Positions 1 through 10,351 of a stretch of DNA of 20,000 nt are shown piece after piece. Source of the stretch: Malacoraja senta (lineage: Eukaryota); NCBI GenBank assembly GCA_038087875.1, contig JAXLNO010000080.1, positions 55,716 to 75,715 on the forward strand. Reading direction: 5' to 3'. Both the position numbers and the translations under genes were made by a program. The notes below the pieces were generated by a model. The model did not search any database and was not told the DNA's origin. It worked only from the letters and a program-made list of their open reading frames with translations. The stretch's first letter is position 1. Every line of letters begins with the position of its first letter.

Positions 1-32
1 GCCTACTCCTGCACATATTTTCTATGTTTCTA
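1..32 (+). mobile_element. 3' tail of a CR1-clade LINE (continues off the left edge)
   Basis: GCCTACTCCTGCACATATTTTCTATGTTTCTA closely matches the 3' ends of the CR1 copies at 13385-13427, 14509-14533 and 17644-17689. Confidence 0.8.
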
Positions 33-258
33 AATATTTTCAAGGTGTAGCGTCTCGGACATGTTTATGATGATTACGTAAAATAATTGACATCTGCTGC
101 TATGTATGCTTCCATATAACTTTATATAACTTATATAACTCAATATAAGCAAGACGGCTCTTAGTAAGCGGCAGTAAGGCAGCGGCCTTGTGAGGGAAGT
201 GCCCTGTGAGAAAAGTGAGAGTCTTTGGCTCGAGAGTCTTCGGCTAGGAGGCTGAGGA

Positions 259-1530
259 GAGGAATTCCACAAAGTCACAACTCCCTGCGTTGAAAAGTTT
301 TTTCTGAACTCAGTCTTAAATGACCTCCCCTTTATTCTAAGACTGTGGCCCCTGGTTCTGGACTTGCCCAACATTGGGAACATTTTTCCTGCATCCAGCT
401 TGTCCAGTCCTTTTATGATTTTATGTTTCTATAAGATATCCCCTCATCCTTCTAAACTCCAGTGAATACAATCTATCCTCATATGACAGTCCCGCCATCC
501 CAGGGATCAATCTCGTGAACCAACACTGCACTGCCTCAATCACAAGGATGTCCTTCCTCAAATTAGGAGACCAGAACTTTGCACAAACTCCAGATGTGGT
601 CTCACCAGAGCCCTGTACAACTGCAGAAGAACCTCTTTACTCCTGAATCCCCTTGTATGAAGGCCAACATTCCATTAGCTTTCTTTCCTGCCTGCTGTAC
701 CTGTAAGCCAACTTTCAGTGACCGGTGAACAAGGACACCCAGGTCGCGCTGTACCTCCCCCTTACCTAACCTAACCCCATTGAGATAATAATCTGCCCCC
801 TTGTTTTTGCCGCCAAAGTGGATAACCTCACATTTATCTATATTATACTGCATCTGCCCACTCAATCTGTCCAGGTCACCCTGCACCCTCCTAACATCCT
901 CTTCACAGTTCACACTGCCACCCAGCTTTGTGTCATCCGCAAACTTGCTAGTGTTGCTCCTAATTCCCTCTTCCAAATCATTAATATATATGGTAAACAG
1001 TTGCGGCCCCAACACCGAGCCTTGGGGCACTCCACTCGCCACTGCCTGCCATTCTGAAAAGGACCCGTTCACTCCTACTCTTTGCTTCCAGTATGCCAAC
1101 CAATTTTATATCCGTCAACACCCTACCCCCAATACCATGTGCTCTAATTTTAGTCACCAGTCTCCCGTGCGGGACCTTATCAAAGGCTTTCTGAAAGTCT
1201 AGATACACTACATCCACTGGCACCCCTTCATCCATTTTATTTGTCACATCCTCAAAAAATTCCAGAAGATTAGTCAAAAATTCCAGAAGATTTCATAAAT
1301 CCATGATGACTTGGACTAATCCTTTTACTGCTATCCAAATGCCCCATTATTACCTCTTTAATAATTGACTCCAGCATCTTTCCCACCACCGAAGACAGGC
1401 TAACTGGTCTGTAATTCCCTGTTTTCTCTCTCGCTCCTTTCTTGAAAAGTGGGATAACATTAGCTATCCTCCAATCCACAGGAACTGATCCTGAGTCTAT
1501 TGAACATTGGAAAATGATCACCAATGCGTC
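259..1530 (-). mobile_element. CR1-clade LINE fragment A (RT to C-terminal part of ORF2), frameshifted, truncated at both ends
   Basis: Minus-strand peptides NYRPVSLSSVVGKMLE, VDVVYLDFQKAFDKVPH, SGVPQGSVLGPQLF, SKFADDTKLGG, QRDLGVLVH, SRTRGHSLRIKG are spread over several frames. Confidence 0.92.
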
Positions 1531-1633
1531 CATATAACCATATAACCATATAACCATTACAGCACGGAAACAGGCCCTCTCGGCCCTTCAAGTCCGTGCC
1601 GGAATTTTTTTTTTTTTAAATAAATACTTCCCA

Positions 1634-2759
1634 CTAGTCCCATCTACCTGCACTCAGACCATAACCCTCCATTCCTTTCCCGTCCATATACCCATCCAAT
1701 CTATTTTTAAAGTATAAAATCGAACCAGCCTCCACCACTTCCACTGGAAGCTCATTCCACACAGCTACCACTCTCTGAGTAAAGATGTTCCCCCTAATGT
1801 TACCCCTAAACTTCTGTCCCTTAATTCTCGTCATGTCCCCTTGTTTGAATCTTCCCTACTCTCAATGGAAAAAGCTTATCCACGTCAACTCTGTCTATCC
1901 CGCTCATAATTTTAAAGACCTCTATTAAGTCCCCTCTTAACCTTCTGCGCTCCAAAGAATAAAGACCTAACTTGTTCAACCTTTCTCTGTAACTTAGTTG
2001 CTGAAACCCAGGCAACATTCTAGTAAACCTCCTCTATTTTGTTGACATCCTTCCTATAATTAGGCGACCAAAATTGTACTCCGTACTCCAGAATTGGCCT
2101 CACCAATGCCTTGTACAATTTTAACATTACATCCCAACTTCTATATTCAATGCTCTGATTTATAAAGGCCAGCACACCAAAAGCTTTCTTTACCACCCTA
2201 TCTAAATGAGATTCCACCTTCAGGGAACTATGCACAGTTATTCCTAGATCCCTCTGTTCAACTGCATTCCTCAATTCTCTACCATTTACCATGTACGTCC
2301 TATTTTGATTTGTCCTGCCGAGATGTTGTACCTCACATTTATCAGCATTAAACTCCATCTGCCATCTTTCAGCCCACTCTTCCAAATGGCCTAAATCTCT
2401 CTGTAGACTTTGAAAATTTACTTCATTATCCACCACACCACCTATCTTAGTATCATCTGCATACTTACTAATCCAATTTTCCACACCATCATCCAGATCA
2501 TTGCTGTACATGAGAAACAACTGTGGACCCAACACAGACCCCTGAGGCACCCCACTAGTCACCAGCCTCCAACCTGACAAACAGCCATCCACCATTACTC
2601 TCTGGAATCTCCCATTCAGCCACTGTTGAATTCATCTTGCTACTCCACCATTAATACCCAACAATTTAATCTACTTAACCAACCTTCCATGAGGAACCTT
2701 GCCAAAGGCCTTACTGAAGTCCATATAGACATCCACTGCTTTACCCTCATCAATTTCCC
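1634..2759 (-). pseudogene. CR1-B ORF2, C-terminal half (RT core and C-terminus)
   Basis: SGVPQGSVLGPQLF, SKYADDTKIGG, WQMEFNADKC, LVRPILEYGVQFWSP, SLERRRLRGDLIEVFK, FTQRVVAVWNELP; frameshifts near 2019 and 1830. Confidence 0.9.
2606..2759 (+). repeat. Left copy of a 154-bp direct duplication flanking the DIRS element
   Basis: AATCTCCCATTCAG...CATCAATTTCCC reads identical by eye to 7490-7643. Confidence 0.95.
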
Positions 2760-2902
2760 GCCAGTGCGCCTGCGCGTCAATCTTCAAAGCAGCGGTGTGA
2801 AATCACAAAAAACAACAACCGAAGTAATATAGTCTCATAATAAAACGAGTAATACAAGAACTTCCATCTGACCTTTATGATAGAGGGTAGGGTCGTGGTG
2901 GG

Positions 2903-3013
2903 CACGTAATCACCTACGTAACTCCACATAAAAAAAAGATCAAACTTCAAACTTAGGTAAGTTCTCGTTTAATCTTACTATTTTACTTCGGAGTCACGTG
3001 AGTGACTACGTGA
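2903..3013. repeat. DIRS internal complementary region (ICR)
   Basis: 2980-3013 (ATTTTACTTCGGAGTCACGTGAGTGACTACGTGA) is the exact reverse complement of 7459-7492 and lies just downstream of the YR ORF, as expected for a DIRS1 ICR. The left boundary is approximate. Confidence 0.85.
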
Positions 3014-3224
3014 AGATTTTAAAGCTTTGTGATTTCATGCCGTGGATCAATCCCGGCTTCTCACTGCATAGATTGACTCGGAACGAGAATAATCAATCAT
3101 GTATTCATAATAACATTTGTACCACAAATGCAGTAATTCATTTCAATAATGAAATGAATCAGATCCCCTTTAAACCAGAGGAATTTACACAGAACTTAAA
3201 ATAGTTTCTGCAAACAACCCCACA

Positions 3225-4200
3225 TTAACAATAGGCCGATGGTAAAAATGTTGAAAACATCAACTCATTGGACCACCCGGCGGCTGCGAGGATATGGTCG
3301 ACGGGGCCGTCTTTTGCCCTGGCCGCCGACGTTTCTGCTGCCCTAGCCGAGTGAGACGTAAAAACATAAGTGTTAATACCAGCAGCTGTTAAGACTTCTT
3401 TTATCCATCTGGAAATAGTCTGTATTGAAACTCTCTTGTGTGGTTTCTTGTGTGTGATCAACAACCCAGTTTCCGTATTCTCAAATTCTTTGTGACCTCA
3501 ATGTATTTTAATAAATATGTCTTAATACAGAGACATGGATCATTTGGATATGCTGCTAGCATAATTTTAAATCCTGTCACACCTGGCCTAATTTACTTTA
3601 GTAGGTCATAGATATAGAATGTAACCTTGTCTTCAGTTACTTCCATACTGTCTTTTTATAATTTTCCAAGTGTTTGCACTCGTTGTGCTGTCACTCATGC
3701 CATAAGCATGAATACTTTCATACTGAGCTTGACCAAAGGTAAAGACACACTTGATGACCATTCACAAAGTAGTTTCAGTACCACACTTAATCCCAGATTG
3801 TCACGTACCTAGGTTTCGGTGGTTTGGAATTAAAGATTCCTTTCATTAGTCTGGAAACAATTGGGTGTGACCCAAATGAGTTTCTTTCTGAATCCAGAAC
3901 CAAATATGAGGACAATGCACTTCTGGCTGAATTAATTGCATTATAACTCAGACCTTCATTATAATAAAGTTTTGACAGAAATTCTAAACATTTGAAATAT
4001 CTGCAGTACTTTATTGCACATTCTTTTGTACACAGAACTCTTCCCATTTCTTAATATAAGAAAGGTACTGTTTTTGAGTGCTCTTCCTCCCGGCTGCCGT
4101 AAGCATGTCCACAGTATGCTCAGACAGTCCTCGTCCCAGAAAAGGCATTCTTAAAACCTGCAAATCAACAAATCCAAACGATGGTATAATGGATGTTGTT
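3225..4200 (-). pseudogene. DIRS tyrosine recombinase (lambda-integrase family), frameshifted
   Basis: LSYNAINSARSALS, HPIVSRLMKGIFNSKPPKPRY, TAQRVQTL (catalytic R, ~3667-3690), SIQTISRWIKEVL, FTSHSARAA (HxxR), ILAAAGWS, and a final F-Y-H-R-P reachable by removing one T in a homopolymer near 3245. Confidence 0.88.
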
Positions 4201-6075
4201 ACCCTGTTACAGAGTACAACAATAAATTACTCCTTTTTGGGACTTTCATCAACATTTGTGTTGTTAATTCTAATATCAACAGATACCATGGCTGTATAGG
4301 CCAATCTGGTACTACCAATACCCTTGAAGCAGCATCTTACCTGATTTTAAGCAAACATTGGCTTATGAGGCAGAAAGGTGGAAATATATATGAAAACATA
4401 CCACCCCAATGTAGCGAGAAAGCATCAATCGCCACTGCTCCTGGATCTGGTTTCCATGAGACATATCTCGATAGCTGATGACTCAAGTCGATGTCGGTCA
4501 TTCCAAATCTGGTTACTATATCATTGAATACCTCTTGATTCAACAACCATTCTTTATTATCATGGAACTTTCGTGACCTGGTGTCTGCTATCGTATTCAT
4601 TCTACCTGTTAGATGGATAGCTGAAATCCAAATATTCTTTTCAATACACCAAGACCAAATTTGATTAGCCATTTTGTCACATGACACCGACTTAATTCCA
4701 CCCATATCATTAATATAAACAACTGCTATTGTGTTATCAATTTGAACTTGAACATGCTTATTAGTTGTGTTAGAACAGTAAGCTTGGAGCCCATAGAAAC
4801 GTCCTAGAAGCTCCAAATAGTTAATTCCCCATGTCTGCAGTAACAATGACTCTTCCTGATTCCATCTGCCTCCGCAGCTAGATTTTAAGTCAGTTGCACC
4901 CTCCTAGTGCACTGGCATCAGTTTGTAATATCATGGAAGGTTGTTCAATCAGCACTTTGCTGGAAATGCTTGAGACATGTAGAATCCACCACTGCAGATC
5001 AGAAACTGCATTTGTTGTTAGTTGCATGGTTCTATCAAAAATGACCAACATGCTTTCTCAGTGCCTGTTCTTTAATTCTCTGCAGCTGTTGATAATGTAA
5101 TGGTCCAAATTGAACTGCTGGGAATGCTGCTACTAATTTTCCCAGTACACGAGCCACCTGTCTAATTGAGGGGTTTTGCTCGTTTAGGAGATTACTACAA
5201 TCTTTAATGAAATCCTCCCTTTTTTCCCTGGGCAAATTAATATTCATTTGGACTGAATCAATTGTAAACCCCAAATAATTAATAGAGGTACATGGTGTTA
5301 ACCTAGATTTCTTTGGATGAATTAGAAACCCAAATTTTCAAAAGTTGATTTCACAACTGCAACAGATGCTTCTGTTGACTGTTTTGTCTTTCCTATAATC
5401 AAGACATCATCCAAATATGCCATGAGTACATGCCCCTGGCTTCTCAGCAAACCCAGAATTGGTTTTAACAATTTTGTGAATATTCTGGGTGCAGATGTTA
5501 ACCCATTAGGCAGAGCTTTGAACTGCCACAACTGGTTCATCCATTTAAATTTAAGATACTTCCTATCTTCTGAATCAACAGACACTGAATAATATGCATC
5601 TTTCAAGTCTATAGTTGCCATATAACATGCTTCTGAAATAAGCTGTTTGGCAGTCACAAATGTTTCCATTTTAAAATGTCTAAATTGCACAAAAGGATTC
5701 AGATTTGTCAAATCTAGAATAATCCTACATCCTCCCTCCTTTTTTGATCGAGGGAATATTTCACACAAATTGGTGACTTTGGTAGACTGATTTTTTCAAT
5801 AACCCCTTTTTTATATAGGGTTTCAAGTGCAACCTGAACCTCCATCACTTCTTTTTGTACAAAGTGCAGAGTTCGGCTAGGAACATGCTGATCAGGCAAA
5901 TCATAATTTGGATTGAATTCAATTCAAAATCCTTGTATATGATTCAGGATTACCACATTCTGAAGTAATTTTCTTCCAATTATTATAAAAGAAATGTAAC
6001 CTGCCTCCAACTTTTGGACTTAATCCAGTTAGTATGTTCCCATGAGAACCAGGTCCACCTACCTCTTGAGTCATT
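4200..6075 (-). pseudogene. DIRS pol: reverse transcriptase, RNase H and methyltransferase-like domain, frameshifted
   Basis: VGGRLHFFYNNW, GGCRIILDLTNLN, IDLKDAYYSV, LPNGLTSAPRIFTK, MAYLDDVLII (YLDD at 5406-5417); RNase H QTDAS, INYLELL, QIDNTIAVVYIN, NTIADTRSR; MT-like AIDAFSLHW...YIFPPF. Confidence 0.92.
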
Positions 6076-7308
6076 TGAGTACCCTGAGATTCCTGGGTTC
6101 TCCCGGAAGCACGCCCACTGGTTCTTGCTCCCGATGCAGGCCGCCAACTACGTCCCTGCGTTGATGAGCGACTTGGTCCAGGATCCGTATGACGTCTGAA
6201 AGGATACTTCCTCTTTACAGACTTCACAACCATTGATGTCTTCATCAAACCTGTTTTTGCTTCATCTTCCAACTCTTTAATATGTCTCCCGAGATCCTCT
6301 CCAAAGAGTAAGTTGGGTAATTGTATATTACTTGGTTTTCAGAGTGCTGCGAATTTTGGATTCATAGTAGGCCGTATCACACTTTTCCTCAGACAATTGT
6401 CTCGAAGTGAGTGCTGCATAGCAACCCCAGTGTTTCCTGATGCAACTCCGTCATCTCTTGGCTTTTTTCTGCTATTCTGGCAAAAGCAGTTATTCCAGAA
6501 CCCAGCAGCTTTAATATTCTCTGCAACTGATTCCAGATAATTTGATTCACTGCTGCCCACAGTTACTTCTTGCAGTCTCATCCATTTCCTGCTGTTCCAG
6601 CTAATGGTAAACCAAGTAATTTATTAAGGAGGCCAGTTCTTCTCCTAATGGCTCTCCTGACCCTGACGGGGCAGCGAATCCTACTGCCAAGAGTGGAACA
6701 TCTGGCAGCTGCCGTTCATCACCTTGTACAGCCTCACCGTCAGAGTCGGGGTCTGAAATCTCATGACCCGTAGCACGCTCCTCATTCCTGAGGGTGCATC
6801 CCATCAGCCCTGAGCCAGGTGCTGTTAAGCTGTTCCTGCAGCTTGGATTACAGTACACTCCTTCCTGAGTGAACTTTGCTCCAACACCCTATGTAAAAGG
6901 CTTTCTATTTGGGCAACATGCTCGAAAGCAGTATCTAGCCCTGTACCAGGAGCTGTTTGAGCTGTTTCCAGCAGCTTGCATTCAGTACACTCCTCCCTGA
7001 GTGAACTTTGCTCCAACAGCCTATGTAAAAGGCTTTCTATTTGGGCAATACGCTCGAAAGCAGTATCTAGCCCTGGAGCTACTTACATTGCCTGGGACTC
7101 CCTCCGTGGGCCGTTGGGATTTAAACTGTGTCTTTTGCCCGACAGGCGCTGACAGTGTTTTCACCAGCCCCAGGTCCACAGTCGCTATGCTCACCGCTGG
7201 CGACTGTACCGGGGTTTAGAGGCGGTTGGTCTCTAACCGCGGACTCCCGACTTTCCCGACTTCTGTCGGCTGTGTCGCTCGCCTCTTCCCCCTGTCCGTT
7301 TTTTCCAT
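6076..7308 (-). pseudogene. DIRS ORF1 (gag-like), disrupted
   Basis: Lies upstream of pol; ATG at 7308-7306 in strong Kozak context (GCCATGG); fragments such as RKSVIRPTMNPKFAAL are typical of DIRS ORF1 C-termini. Boundaries are approximate. Confidence 0.6.
6806..7075. repeat. Tandem duplication of a ~132-bp unit inside DIRS gag
   Basis: AGCCCTG recurs at 6806, 6937 and 7069; the units share CAGTACACTCC..CCTGAGTGAACTTTGCTCCAACA..CCTATGTAAAAGGCTTTCTATTTGGGCAA..GCTCGAAAGCAGTATCT. Confidence 0.93.
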
Positions 7309-7489
7309 GGCGTCTGTGGAAAAAATCCCCATAGACCCACAGTAAACGGACCTGGAAAACCTGAAAAAAGTTTTTACTTACCTTGTAGTTGAAAAACTAC
7401 AAATCCACTCGAGGAGCTCTGCTCCTCACGTCCGTTTGCGTCAAGGCGTCTGACGTAATCACGTAGTCACTCACGTGACTCCGAAGTAA

Positions 7490-7643
7490 AATCTCCCATT
7501 CAGCCACTGTTGAATTCATCTTGCTACTCCACCATTAATACCCAACAATTTAATCTACTTAACCAACCTTCCATGAGGAACCTTGCCAAAGGCCTTACTG
7601 AAGTCCATATAGACATCCACTGCTTTACCCTCATCAATTTCCC
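7490..7643 (+). repeat. Right copy of the 154-bp direct duplication
   Basis: Identical to 2606-2759; the first three bases (AAT) overlap the DIRS 5' terminus. Confidence 0.95.
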
Positions 7644-9400
7644 TAGTAACCTCTTCAAAAAATTCAAGATTAGTCAAACATGACCTTCCAGGCACAAATC
7701 TATGTTGGCTGTTCCTAATCAGAACCTGTTTATCCAGATGATTATATATATTATCTCTAAGTATCCTTTCCATTAATTTGCCCACCACTGACGTCAAACT
7801 AACAGGTCTATACTTGCTAGGTTTACTCTTAGAACCCTTCTTAAACAATGGAACAACATGCGCAGTACGCCAATCCTCCAGCACCATTCCCGTTTCTAAT
7901 GACATTTGAAATATTTCTGTCATAGCCCCTGCTATTTCTACACTAACTTCCCTCAATGTCCATGGGAATATCCTGTCAGGACCTGGAGACTTATCCATTT
8001 TTATATTTTTCAAAAGTGTCAGTACTTCCTCTTCTTTGAATCTCATAGTTTCCTTAGCTACTCTACTTGTTTCCCTTACCTCACATAATTCAATATCCTT
8101 CTCCTTGGTGAATACCGAAGAAAAGAAATTGTTCAATATCTCCCCCATCTCTTTTGGCTCTGCACATAGCTGTCCACTCTGACACTAATGGACCAATTTT
8201 ATCCCTCGTTATCCTTATATATTAATATAGCTGTAGAAACCCTTTGGATTTACTTTCACCTTACTTGCCAAAGCAACCTCATATCTTCTTTCAGCTTTTC
8301 TAATTTCTCTCTTAAGATTCTTTTTACATTCTTTATACTCTTCAAGCAACTCATTTACTCCATGCTGCCTATAATTATTGTAGATCTCCCTCTTTTTCTG
8401 AACCGTGTCCAATTTCCCTTGAAAACCATGTCTCTTTCCAATTTTTACTCTTTCCTTTCAACCGAACAGGGACATAAAGATTCTGTACTCTTAAAATTTC
8501 ACTTTAAATGTCCTCCATTTCTCTACTACATCCTTCCCATAAAACAAAATGTCCCAATTCACTCCTTTTAAATCCTTTCGCATCTCCTCAAAGTTAGCCT
8601 TTCTCCAATCAAAAATCTCAACCCTTGGTCCAGTTCTGTCTGACCTTCTCCATAATTATATTGAAACTAATGGCATTGTGATCACTGGACCCGAAGTGCT
8701 CCCCAACACATACCTCCGCCACCTGACCTGTCTCATTTCCTAACAAGAGGTCCAGCACTGCCCCTTCTCTAGTAGGTACCTCTATGTATTGCTGCAAAAA
8801 ACTATCCTGCACACATTTTACAAACTCCAAACCATCCAGCCCTTTTATAGAATGTGTTTCCCAGTCTATGTGTGGAAAATTGAAATCTCCCACAATCACT
8901 ACCTTGTGCTTACTACTAATATCTGCTATCTCCTTACATATTTGCTCTTCCAATTCTTATTCCCCATTAGGCGGTCTATAATACACCCCTATAAGTGTTG
9001 CTACACCTTTCCCATTTCTTTGTTCCACCCAAATAGCCTCCCTAGACGAGCCCTCTAATCTATCCAGCCAAAGCACTGCTGTAATATCTTCCCTGACAAG
9101 CAATGCAACACCCCTACCTCTTGCCTCTCCAATTCTATCACCCCTGAAGCAACGAAATCCTGGAATATTTAGTTTCCAATCACAGCCATCCTGCACCTAT
9201 GTTTCACTGATCGCCACAACATCATACTTCCAGGTGTCAATCCAGGCTCTAAGCTCATCCACCTTTCTTACAATGCTCCTAGCATTTAAATATACGCATT
9301 TAAGAAACCCACCACCACTTATTCTCTGTTTATTATCTTTTTCTTCATTCTCCCCTACATGTTGGATCTGAGTGCTTCCCTTCTCTGCCTCCTGCCTCAC
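7490..9400 (-). pseudogene. CR1-B ORF2, N-terminal half (APE endonuclease, linker, RT start)
   Basis: YLNARSI, YDVVAISET, GRGVALLV, GVYYRPP, VGDFNFPHIDW, PTREGAVLDLLLGN, SDHNAI (APE); KSPGPD, YRPVSLTSVVGKLME, MDFSKAF (RT). Confidence 0.92.
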
Positions 9401-9446
9401 ACACTGTCTACTAGCTTTCTCTATTTGAGTCCCTCCCCCAACCGTT

Positions 9447-9923
9447 CTAGTTTAAAGTCCCCCCAGTAGCCTTTGCAAATCTCGCCGCCAGGATATTGGT
9501 TCCCCTCGGGTTCAAGTGCAACCCGTTCTTTTTGTACAGGTCACACCTTTCCCAAAAGAGGTCCCAATGATCCAGCAACTTGAATCCCTGCCCTCTGCAC
9601 CAGTCCCTCAGCCCCAAATTTATCCTCCACCTCACTCCATTCCTACTCTCACTGTCGCGTGGCACAGGCAGTTATCCTGAGATTGTTACTTTTGCGGTCC
9701 TTCTCCTTAACTCTCTTCCTAACTCCCTAAATTCTCCTTTCAGGACCTCTTCTCTTTTTCTACCTATGTCACTGGTACCTATATGTACCACGACCTCAGG
9801 CTCCTCTCCCTCCCATTTCAGGATATCTTGGACATGTTCAGACACATCCCAGACCCTGGCACCAGGGAGGCAAACTACCATCCGGGTCTCCTGACTGCGT
9901 CCACAGAATCACCTATCTGATCC
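9447..9923 (-). pseudogene. CR1-B ORF1, SGNH/GDSL esterase-like domain, 5'-truncated
   Basis: VVCLPGARV (block II), VVVHIGTSD (block III, GxND-like), KNGLHLNPRG (block V, DxxH-like); block I GDS is lost at the truncation. Confidence 0.85.
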
Positions 9924-10177
9924 TTAGTGGGCAAGGAGAACAAAACAGCACACAAGGGGTGGTCTCAGGAATATCCTGTAATATGGCAACAAGACATCTT
10001 GTTACTGTGCTCAAAAACTCCAGAAGAGAAGACTAACAAATATCACTTGCCTACTTACTGCATGCTGCATCACATGTCTGCTTTCAGTGATTAGTGCACA
10101 GACGCAGATATCTTTATCAATATTTCTGAATCAATCACAATTCCTATAGATCTCAGTCTTTCTGTTAATCCACAATA

Positions 10178-10313
10178 TTATGGATAGGAATTGTATGGAG
10201 GGACATGGGTTAGGTGCAGGCAGTTGGGACTGGCTCAGATAGACAACTTGGTCAGCATGTATGCATTGGGCCAATGGGCCTATTTCCGTGCTGTACAGCT
10301 CTATGACTCTATG
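10178..10313 (+). mobile_element. Old CR1-type 3' end fragment (LINE or LINE-tailed SINE)
   Basis: ATGGATAGG...GAGGGACATGGG...TTGGGCCAATGGGCCTATTTCCGTGCTGTACAGCTCTATGACTCTATG resembles the 3' UTR of element B (1557-1690, reverse complement). Confidence 0.7.
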
Positions 10314-10351
10314 CTGCATCTGTGTGTATATTTGGACACTAGCTCAACTGA

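Larger units (their letters stand above)
2760..7492 (-). mobile_element. DIRS1-type tyrosine-recombinase retrotransposon, degenerate, 3' terminus apparently lost
   Basis: Minus-strand order gag-like, RT (YLDD), RNase H, MT-like, tyrosine recombinase, ICR. The 5' terminus ATTTTACTTCGG... is perfectly complementary to an internal 34-bp segment at 2980-3013. Confidence 0.93.
1531..9923 (-). mobile_element. Near-full-length, 5'-truncated CR1-clade LINE B, interrupted by a DIRS element
   Basis: 3' (ATGGTTAT)n tail at 1531-1556; collinear ORF2 fragments 1634-2759 and 7490-9400; ORF1 esterase 9447-9923. Host sequence resumes across the DIRS insertion. Confidence 0.92.

Noticed and set aside
801..1202. 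+ strand ORF, and similar ones at 9580-9894, 10458-10907 and 15924-16154
   Set aside because: Antisense shadows of LINE coding sequence.
3225..6075. RT plus integrase-family recombinase plus methylase-like domain as a prokaryotic retron, DGR or phage system
   Set aside because: Domain order, ICR and the vertebrate LINE context all fit the known DIRS1 superfamily.
6806..7075. CRISPR-like repeat array
   Set aside because: Two adjacent ~132-bp units with no unique spacers, inside a gag-like ORF; no cas genes.
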